From NCBI GenBank assembly GCA_044222185.1, contig JBGANV010000001.1, positions 1,120,001-1,184,000 on the forward strand: a stretch of 64,000 nt of DNA. The letters are read 5' to 3'. Below are positions 28,864 to 36,552 of this stretch, in pieces. Position 1 is the first letter of the stretch. Every line of letters starts with the position of its first letter. This stretch comes from Planctomycetota bacterium (GTDB taxonomy: Bacteria; Planctomycetota; GCA-002687715; CAIWVZ01). Position numbers and translations under genes: made by a program. The notes beneath the pieces were generated by a model, which was given only the letters and a program-made list of their open reading frames with translations, made no database searches and had not been told where the DNA came from.

Positions 28864-31800
28864 ATGTTCCAGGAAATAGGGGGCGCCCGGCGCCAGCAGG
28901 ATCTCGAAGATCGCGTACTCGCACGGTGGAAGGCGCAACGGATCTTCGCCCGCGCACAGGAACGGCGCGCGAATGCGCCGCGCTTCACGTTCTATGAGGG
29001 TCCGCCCACTGCGAACGGTCGCCCGGGCATCCATCACGTCCTCTCGCGAACGCTGAAGGACGCCATCTGCCGCTACCGCGACCTCACGGGCAGCTACGTG
29101 GAACGCAAGGCCGGGTGGGACACCCACGGCCTCCCCGTCGAGGTCGAGGTCGAGAAACAACTCGGCATCCACGGCAAGGCCGAGATCGTCGAATTCGGCC
29201 TCGAGAAGTTCACGGAACGCTGCATCGATTCCGTGTTCACCTACACGAGCGATTGGGAGCGCCTCACCGATCGGATCGGCTACTGGCTCGATCTCGATTC
29301 GGCGTACGTCACCTACCACGAACCCTACGTCGAGTCGGTCTGGTGGGCGCTGAAGACGCTCTTCGACAAGGGCGTCCTCTACCGTGGCCACAAGGTCGTC
29401 TGGTGGTGGCCGCAAGGGGGAACGGCCCTGTCGGCGGCGGAAGTGGGCCTCGCATACAAGACGACGGATGATCCGTCGGTCGTCGTTCGCTTCCGCGTCG
29501 CCCCCGCCTCCGATGGAACGCCGCGATCGCTCCTCGCCTGGACGACGACGCCCTGGACGCTCCCGTCGAACGTCGGCCTCGCGGTTGCAGCCGACCTTCC
29601 CTACGTGGAGGTTCGTCTGGAGCCGACGGAGAAGGCCCCCGAGAGAGAGATCGTCATCCTCGGTGAAGGGCTGCTGAGTTCCGTGCTCGGCGACCGGCCC
29701 TACGAGATCGTCAAGCGGTGCTTCGGTCGCGACCTCGTCGGCTTGAAGTACGAACCACCACTCCCATTCGGTGACCCGACGGGCGGCCGCGCCTGGGAAG
29801 TCGTCGCGGGCGACTTCGTCACGTTCGACGCCGGCTGCGGCATCGTCCACCTCGCACCCGCGTTCGGCGAGGACGACATGCGCGCCGCGAAGTCGACGGG
29901 CCTGGGCTTCCTCCAACTCGTGGAGCCCGACGGGACCATGTCGGCGGCGGTCACGCCGGCGGCGGGAATCTTCTGCAAGAAGGCCGACAGCATCCTCACG
30001 AAGGAACTGAAGGCACGTGGACTCCTCTTCAGCACCTCCGTCTACCGCCACGAGTACCCGTTCTGCTGGCGCGCCGAGAAGGATCCACTGATCCAGTACG
30101 CGCGACAGTCGTGGTTCATCCGCACGTCCGAGTTCAAGGAGCGGATGATCGAGATCAACGGCAGCGTCGACTGGCATCCGGAGCACATCCGCGAAGGACG
30201 GTTCGGCGATTTCCTGCGCAACAACGTGGACTGGGCCGTGTCTCGCGAACGGTTCTGGGGCACGCCGCTGCCGATCTGGATCAACGACGTGTCCGGCAAG
30301 ATGGACGTCGTCTCCTCGGTGGACGAGATCCTCTCGCGAAACCCGCAGGCATTCGCGGCATTCGACGAAGCCCGCAAGCAGAACCCCAAGCTCGCGTCCC
30401 ATCTCCGCGTCCACAAGCCGTGGGTCGACAACGTCACGTGGACGAAGCCCGGCGAGGCGGGCGTTTATCGCCGCGTCCCCGACGTGATCGACTGCTGGTT
30501 CGACTCCGGCGCCATGCCGTTCGCCCAGCGTCATTACCCGTTCGAAAACAAAGCGCTCTTCGAGTCCTCGTTCCCCGCCGATTACATCTGCGAGGGAATC
30601 GACCAGACGCGCGGCTGGTTCTACAGCCTGCTCGCCATTTCAACGCTGCTGTTCGACAAACCCGCCTACAAGCACGTGATCGTCAACGGCCACATCAACG
30701 ACAAGCACGGCAAGAAGATGTCGAAGTCGTTGGGCAACACCGTGAACCCTTGGGAGGTCCTCGACAAGTACGGCGCTGATCCGCTGCGCTGGTACCTCTT
30801 GGGCGGCAGTCCGCCGTGGCTGCCCAAGTCGTTCGACCCGGAGCAGATCGACGAGATCTCCAAGAAGGTGTTCGGGACGCTGTGGCCGTCGTTCAACTTC
30901 TTCGCGCTCTACGCACGCGTCGACGGGTGGAAGCCCGGACGGCCGGCGCCTGACGCCAAGAACCGATCCACGCTCGACCGGTGGCTTTTGTCCCGCGTGA
31001 ACTCCGTCGCTCGCGACGTTCGCGCCGCCCTCGAGAGCTACGACCCGCAGCGCGCGACTCGACTCCTCGCCGACCTCATCGACGAGATGTCCAACTGGTA
31101 CATCCGCCGAAATCGCGCGCGGTTCTGGAAGTCGACCGACCCCGCGGACAAGGCGGCGGCGTACGACACGCTGCATCGCACGTTGACGACGCTCGCGTTC
31201 CTCCTGGCGCCGATCGCGCCGTTCTCTGCCGACGAGCTGTATCTCGGCCTGCACCCGGCCGGCACCGGTCTCGAATCCGTCTTCCTCGGAGACATGCCCG
31301 CGGTCGACGAGAGTCTCATCGATCCGGCGCTCGAAGCGCGCATGGCGGCGGTCATCGCCGTCGTTTCGCTCGGCCGATCGGCTCGCACGACCTCCGGCCT
31401 CCGCGTCCGCCAGCCGCTCGCACGAATGATCGCGTCGGCCCCCGACGCCGCAGGGCTCGCAGCCCTGAAGGACGAAAGTCTCGCCGAGGAGATCAAGGAC
31501 GAGTTGAACGTGAAGGACCTCGTCACGGTCGACCGCCGCGCGGGCTACGTGGACGTCAGTCTGAAGCCGAACCTCCCCGTGCTCGGTCCCAAGCTCGGGA
31601 AACGGCTCGGCAAGGTGCGCGCGCTCCTCCAAGCTCCGACGCAGGAGATGATCCAGTCCGTCGACGAGACCGGCTCGGTCACCATCCAGGTCGACGGCGA
31701 AGCCATGACCCTCGGCCCCGACGACCTCATCGTCGAATGCACGGGCAAACCGGGATTCGCCGTCGCTGCCGAGCGCGGCTACCTGGCAGCGCTCGACACC

Positions 31801-32079
31801 GCGCTGACGGACGCACTGATCCTCGAAGGCCTCGCGCGCGAGGTGCTGAACCGGCTGCAGAACGCCCGCAAGGATGCCAACCTCCAGGTCACGGATCGGA
31901 TCCGCATCCGGGCGCACGCGACGGGCCAGCTCGAAGCGGCGATCGCGACGCATCGGACGATGCTCGAATCGGAGGCGCTCGCCGTTTCCATCACCATCGA
32001 GCCCACGCCGCCCGGCGGTGCAGCGGTGCTCGACGTCGATGGCCATCCGATGCATCTCGCGATCGAGAAGGCGTCATGA
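28864..32079 (+). CDS. ileS: Isoleucine--tRNA ligase, type 2 (IleRS2)
   Basis: YEGPPTANG.PGIHH, GWDTHGLPVE, WTTTPWTLPSN, DCWFDSG, EGIDQTRGWF, KMSKS. IleRS2-type C-terminus (EGLARE..NR.Q..RK) without the IleRS1 zinc finger. Confidence 0.97.
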   Translation: MFQEIGGARRQQDLEDRVLARWKAQRIFARAQERRANAPRFTFYEGPPTANGRPGIHHVLSRTLKDAICRYRDLTGSYVERKAGWDTHGLPVEVEVEKQLGIHGKAEIVEFGLEKFTERCIDSVFTYTSDWERLTDRIGYWLDLDSAYVTYHEPYVESVWWALKTLFDKGVLYRGHKVVWWWPQGGTALSAAEVGLAYKTTDDPSVVVRFRVAPASDGTPRSLLAWTTTPWTLPSNVGLAVAADLPYVEVRLEPTEKAPEREIVILGEGLLSSVLGDRPYEIVKRCFGRDLVGLKYEPPLPFGDPTGGRAWEVVAGDFVTFDAGCGIVHLAPAFGEDDMRAAKSTGLGFLQLVEPDGTMSAAVTPAAGIFCKKADSILTKELKARGLLFSTSVYRHEYPFCWRAEKDPLIQYARQSWFIRTSEFKERMIEINGSVDWHPEHIREGRFGDFLRNNVDWAVSRERFWGTPLPIWINDVSGKMDVVSSVDEILSRNPQAFAAFDEARKQNPKLASHLRVHKPWVDNVTWTKPGEAGVYRRVPDVIDCWFDSGAMPFAQRHYPFENKALFESSFPADYICEGIDQTRGWFYSLLAISTLLFDKPAYKHVIVNGHINDKHGKKMSKSLGNTVNPWEVLDKYGADPLRWYLLGGSPPWLPKSFDPEQIDEISKKVFGTLWPSFNFFALYARVDGWKPGRPAPDAKNRSTLDRWLLSRVNSVARDVRAALESYDPQRATRLLADLIDEMSNWYIRRNRARFWKSTDPADKAAAYDTLHRTLTTLAFLLAPIAPFSADELYLGLHPAGTGLESVFLGDMPAVDESLIDPALEARMAAVIAVVSLGRSARTTSGLRVRQPLARMIASAPDAAGLAALKDESLAEEIKDELNVKDLVTVDRRAGYVDVSLKPNLPVLGPKLGKRLGKVRALLQAPTQEMIQSVDETGSVTIQVDGEAMTLGPDDLIVECTGKPGFAVAAERGYLAALDTALTDALILEGLAREVLNRLQNARKDANLQVTDRIRIRAHATGQLEAAIATHRTMLESEALAVSITIEPTPPGGAAVLDVDGHPMHLAIEKAS

Positions 32080-32687
32080 GACGGCTCCGCCTGGCGGTTC
32101 TCGTCTCGGGAAGCGGGCGCAGCCTGCGCAACCTGCTCGAGCTGGGTGCCGTCGGGAACCTGCCGGGCCACGTGGATCTCGTGATCGCGTCGCGCCCCGA
32201 CGCGGGCGCGCTCCACCATGCCCAGATCTTCGGTGTGCCCTCCAGGGTCTGCAAGACCGCGGAGGTCACGGCCGCACTCGACGCCGTCGATCCCGATCTC
32301 GTCGTGATGGCGGGATACCTGAAGATGTGGCCCCTCCCCGCGCACTACGAGGGCCGTACGATCAACATTCACCCGTCGCTTCTCCCGCTGTTCGGGGGCA
32401 AGGGCTTCTACGGACACCACGTCCACCAGGCCGTGATCGAGTCCGGCATGAAGGTCTCCGGCTGCACGGTGCATTTCGTGACCGCCGAGTACGACCAGGG
32501 CCCGATCATCCTCCAACGCACGTGTCCGGTGCTCGACGACGATTCGGCCGATTCGCTCGCGACCCGGGTCTTCACGGAAGAGTTGAAGGCGCTGCCCGAG
32601 GCCATTGCACTCTTCGCTGAAGAGCGCCTCCGCGTCGAGGGGCGCCGCGTGCGCGTGCTCTCGCCTCCCGATGGAATGAGAAGGTAG
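32076..32687 (+). CDS. purN: Phosphoribosylglycinamide formyltransferase
   Basis: AVLVSGSG, LVVMAGY, INIHPSLLP, SGCTVHFV..EYDQGPII; ATGA overlap with ileS. Confidence 0.94.
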   Translation: MRRLRLAVLVSGSGRSLRNLLELGAVGNLPGHVDLVIASRPDAGALHHAQIFGVPSRVCKTAEVTAALDAVDPDLVVMAGYLKMWPLPAHYEGRTINIHPSLLPLFGGKGFYGHHVHQAVIESGMKVSGCTVHFVTAEYDQGPIILQRTCPVLDDDSADSLATRVFTEELKALPEAIALFAEERLRVEGRRVRVLSPPDGMRR

Positions 32688-32694
32688 GTTGCCC

Positions 32695-34455
32695 ATGGCC
32701 GCGAGCCGCGCGACGAGGAACGCCGCGTCGATCCATCATTCGGTCGATTGCACGGCAACCGACACGCATCACGTGCGGGTCACCACACGGTTCCGCGGGT
32801 TCGACGGCGAGGCGCTCGTCGCCGCCCTGCCCAACTGGACGCCCGGCAGCTACATGATCCGGGACTACGCTCGTCACGTACGGACGATCGTCGCGCGGGA
32901 TCTGCGCGGACATCCGCTGCCGTGCGAGAAGGTCCGGAAGAACGCATGGCGGATCGCCCACGGTGGTCTCGAATTCACGCTCGAACTCGTGATCTTCGCG
33001 TTCGAGCTGACGGTGCGGACGTCCTACCTCGACGCGGAACGTGCGAGCCTGACGGGAGCATCGCTCTTCGTACACCCCGACGGTCGGACGGACCTGGGCG
33101 CAACGGTCTCCCTCGCACTTCCGAAGGGCTGGGGCGCAGAATGTGCGCTCCGACGTGACCGAGGCGGGAACTTCTCCGCGGCGAACTACGACGAGCTCGT
33201 CGACTCGCCGATCCTTGCCGGTCGCCTCCGCGTCGCATCATTCCGGGTCCACGGAATCGATCACCGCTTCGCCGTCGCGGGCGATGGGACTTTCCCGCTG
33301 GCCCAGGTCTGTCGCGACACGCACCGCATCATCGACGAAGCACGGAAGATCTTCGGGACGCTTCCATACGAGGACTTCCGTTTCCTCGTGAACCTGGGTC
33401 AGGACGCCGACGGCTCCGGCGGACTCGAGCACGCTCGGTCGACGGTGCTGCAGGTCCCGCGGTGGAGCCTGCGGGATGCCGCGCGCTACCGCACGTTCCT
33501 CGGCCTCGTCGCGCACGAATTCTTCCACGTCTGGAACGTGAAGAGGATCCACGATCGGGTCCTTGGGCCCTTCGACTACGAGCGCGAGACGCTCACGAGC
33601 CTGCTTTGGTTCCACGAAGGGTTCACCGCGTACTACGACGACCTGCTGCCTACGCGAGCAGGCGTGTTTTCCGTGAAGGACTGGCTGGAACTCCTCGCCG
33701 AGAACCTCAACGCGACACTGACGTTGGGTGGTGAGTCGGTCCAAAGCCTCTCCGAGTCGTCGATCGACGCATGGGTCAAGTTCTACAAGCGGAACGAAGA
33801 GAGTCGGAGCGCGACGGTCTCCTACTACACCAAGGGCTCGGCCTTCGCTCTCGTGCTCGACGCCGAGATCCGGCGGCGGACGTCGGACCGCCGCACGCTC
33901 GACGACGTCATGCGAACCCTCGATCGAGACGCAGGCAGGAAGAAGCCCCTCGACCGCGCGACGTTCGAGGACGCCGTGAGACGCGCCACCGGCGTGGGAT
34001 TCGGCGCCTTCATCCGGCGCTACGTCGACCGGCCGACGACGCTGCCCTTGCGACGCGCGCTCGCAACGCTCGGGCTCGTGCTTCGTCCCAAGGACGACCG
34101 GTACCGCCGACGCGCATGGCTCGGGGTCGTGAGTCGCACGGAGCCGACGCGGACGATCGTCGAGGAAGTCCTGACCGGGTCCCCCGCCGAGGCGGCCGGG
34201 ATTCATCCGCGGGATGAGTTCGTCGGCCTGGGCGGATGGCGCGTGGGGGGCGACCTCGAGGCCGTCCTCGCGCGGCATTCGCCCGGTGATACGATCGACG
34301 CCGTCCTCCTCCGGGGGGATCGCGTACTCACGCGCATCGTGCACCTGGGAGTGAATCCGCGGCCGCCGCTCGCCGTCAGCGTCGACCCGCGGGCGTCGGC
34401 CTCCGCCCGTCGGCGCTTCAGGTCATGGTGCGGGCAGGCCCTTCCGGAGCGTTGA
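32695..34455 (+). CDS. M61 family glycyl aminopeptidase with C-terminal PDZ domain
   Basis: PNWTPGSY, YDELVDSP, GGLEH, HEFFHVWNVKRI, WFHEGFT.YY, SYYTKG, GSPAEAAGI PDZ segment. Confidence 0.93.
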   Translation: MAASRATRNAASIHHSVDCTATDTHHVRVTTRFRGFDGEALVAALPNWTPGSYMIRDYARHVRTIVARDLRGHPLPCEKVRKNAWRIAHGGLEFTLELVIFAFELTVRTSYLDAERASLTGASLFVHPDGRTDLGATVSLALPKGWGAECALRRDRGGNFSAANYDELVDSPILAGRLRVASFRVHGIDHRFAVAGDGTFPLAQVCRDTHRIIDEARKIFGTLPYEDFRFLVNLGQDADGSGGLEHARSTVLQVPRWSLRDAARYRTFLGLVAHEFFHVWNVKRIHDRVLGPFDYERETLTSLLWFHEGFTAYYDDLLPTRAGVFSVKDWLELLAENLNATLTLGGESVQSLSESSIDAWVKFYKRNEESRSATVSYYTKGSAFALVLDAEIRRRTSDRRTLDDVMRTLDRDAGRKKPLDRATFEDAVRRATGVGFGAFIRRYVDRPTTLPLRRALATLGLVLRPKDDRYRRRAWLGVVSRTEPTRTIVEEVLTGSPAEAAGIHPRDEFVGLGGWRVGGDLEAVLARHSPGDTIDAVLLRGDRVLTRIVHLGVNPRPPLAVSVDPRASASARRRFRSWCGQALPER

Positions 34456-34459
34456 CGAC

Positions 34460-34541
34460 GCGAGAGTGGCGAAATTGGCAGACGCGCCAGACTTAGGATC
34501 TGGTGGTGAAAACCGTGGGGGTTCAAGTCCCCCCTCTCGCA
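34460..34541 (+). tRNA. tRNA-Leu (anticodon TAG); CCA not encoded
   Basis: GCGAGAG/CTCTCGC acceptor stem, D-loop AATTGGCAGA, anticodon arm CCAGA-CTTAGGA-TCTGG, long variable arm, GGTTCAAGTCC T-arm, discriminator A. Confidence 0.96.
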
Positions 34542-34635
34542 TCCCTCGATGGCCGAATTCCACTTTCTTCGGCCAAAGTCGTCTATGCCGATCGAGGACG
34601 GGATCCGTACACCACTCCGTCTCCAGCAGGTCAAG

Positions 34636-36396
34636 ATGCCTACCAAGTTGCACGGGTCGCCGCTGGCCTCGTTGAGCCGGCTCGTTTTCGCATTGGTCCT
34701 GACCGTCATTCCACTGACGGCGCACGGCGGGAGCTACTCGGGACCGCGCAACCCCGGTGGAAACTCGGGATCCCCTGGCGGCGTCGGCGGTCGAACCGGT
34801 GGCCGGGCACTCGGCGGAGTGACGCCGGTCCCCAATGCCGGTGCCAGCGACGTCGCGAAGTGGGAATCCTGGTGGGCGCTGAACAAAGAGGAATTCCTCC
34901 CGGCGACTGGCGCCGCGACGAGCGGCACGCCGCTTCCCGGCTACGCCGCTTCCACGCCCCGCCCGCTCACGCCGGAAGAGGTGCGGACGCACGTCATTCC
35001 GGTCCTCCAGAAGGCGCTGACCGACAAGGAAACCAACCTGCGAGACAGCGCCGCGATTGCCCTCGGCAAATGCGGTGACGTGCGCGACGTCGCAGCACTC
35101 CTGACCGCGCTCGGGGACAAGGACCGGACCGTGGTCGAGGGCGCGATCATCGGACTGGGACTCCTGGGCGACCCGCGCGCGGAAAAGAAGCTCGTGGAGA
35201 TCTTCCAGGACAGGAGCGAGCACATGAGGTCGCGTGGAATCGCGGCGATCGCTCTCGGTTACTCCGGCGGAGACCTGGCCCAGAAGGCCCTCTTCGATGG
35301 CCTCGGAAGCGAGCTCTCCGGGGGCGACGGCAGCAAGCTCAACGCATCGCAGATCGAGAGCGCCCGGCTCGTCGGCGCGGCGTTGTGGGCCGGGGCCGAC
35401 CAGCCCGGCGGAAGCGACGACCGCTCGGCACTCGTGGCGGCGCTCATGCAGCGGGCGCTGGACCTGGGCGTGGTGAAGGATCGGAGGTTTCTCGGGATCG
35501 GAGTCGCGGCACTGTCCAAGCCCCGTGACCACGGCTCCCTCAAGCACGTCCTGGCGGCCCTCGGCGACTCCCGATCGGACGTTCGCGCAGGCGGAGCGAT
35601 CGCCGCGGGCCGCGTCATCCGCACGGACGACAAGAAGAGCATCCAGGCATTGATCGCCGCCTTGGGAAGCGAGGGCGACTTCTTCGCCAAACGCATGATG
35701 CTGATGGCCCTGGGCCGGATCGGCGGAATCGAGGCGCAGAAGCAGCTGCTCCTCGAGCTGGACGACAAGGATCGCCAGCATCGCTCGTTCGCAGCCTTGG
35801 CCCTCGCCGTCTCCGGCGCCACCGCCGTCGCGCCGCGACTTCGCGCCGAGCTCGAGAAGGGCAACGACGAGAGCCTCCGCGGAGCCATGGTGATCTCGCT
35901 CGGAATCCTCCGAGACGGTGATGCGGCCAAGACCGTCGGTGCCCTCGTCGAGAAGGAATCCGGCCCCGAGCTTCTCTCGCACTGCATGTGGTTCTACGCG
36001 CTGACGCGTGACCGGTCGGCCGTGCCTGCCATCGAGAAGACGCTTCTTCATGCGCGGACACCCGAGTTGCAGGCTGCCGCCGCGGTGACTCTCGGTCTGC
36101 TCGGTTCGGTCGACTCGATCCCGACGCTGGTCAAACTGTTGAACGACTCGGGGACGATCAACGTGAAGGGGGCGGTCGCGACGGCCCTCGGCCGCATGGG
36201 TGACCGGCGCGCCTTCGACGCCTTGAGGAAGATCATCGAGAACCCATCCGAGCAGCCACTGGCGCGCGCGTTCGCCGTGGTCGGCCTGGGCATCCTCGCA
36301 CAGCGCAACCCATGGCCGCCGTTCTCGCGAATCGCCATCGACGGCCATTACGGCCTCACGAACGAAGCCGTCGACGAACTACGCGACCTCCTCTGA
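34636..36396 (+). CDS. Secreted HEAT/PBS-lyase repeat protein
   Basis: Signal peptide ending LTA-HGG, Gly-rich linker, WESWWALNKE, and many AAIALG / ALGRIG / VATALGRMG repeats. Confidence 0.85.
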   Translation: MPTKLHGSPLASLSRLVFALVLTVIPLTAHGGSYSGPRNPGGNSGSPGGVGGRTGGRALGGVTPVPNAGASDVAKWESWWALNKEEFLPATGAATSGTPLPGYAASTPRPLTPEEVRTHVIPVLQKALTDKETNLRDSAAIALGKCGDVRDVAALLTALGDKDRTVVEGAIIGLGLLGDPRAEKKLVEIFQDRSEHMRSRGIAAIALGYSGGDLAQKALFDGLGSELSGGDGSKLNASQIESARLVGAALWAGADQPGGSDDRSALVAALMQRALDLGVVKDRRFLGIGVAALSKPRDHGSLKHVLAALGDSRSDVRAGGAIAAGRVIRTDDKKSIQALIAALGSEGDFFAKRMMLMALGRIGGIEAQKQLLLELDDKDRQHRSFAALALAVSGATAVAPRLRAELEKGNDESLRGAMVISLGILRDGDAAKTVGALVEKESGPELLSHCMWFYALTRDRSAVPAIEKTLLHARTPELQAAAAVTLGLLGSVDSIPTLVKLLNDSGTINVKGAVATALGRMGDRRAFDALRKIIENPSEQPLARAFAVVGLGILAQRNPWPPFSRIAIDGHYGLTNEAVDELRDLL

Positions 36397-36397
36397 T

Positions 36398-36450
36398 CGG
36401 TGTCGCCGCGCGCCCGGCGATCACCGCGCGTCGGTGGAATCACTGACGCG
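36398..36450. terminator. Two adjacent GC hairpins between convergent genes (possible terminator)
   Basis: CGGTG-TCGCCG/CGGCGA-t-CACCG (36398-36426) and CGCGTCGGTG-gaat-CACTGACGCG (36427-36450); no clear U-tract. Confidence 0.35.
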
Positions 36451-36552
36451 AAAGACACCGTCCCGGCCGATCCTGACGCGCTGGCCCACGTGGCTCGGCC
36501 CCTCGAGAATCTCGATTTCGGTCCCGCAACGCGGAACCTCGACGCCGAGGCT

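Noticed and set aside
27565-32055. 989-aa and 471-aa minus-strand ORFs
   Set aside because: Antisense shadows of punA and ileS
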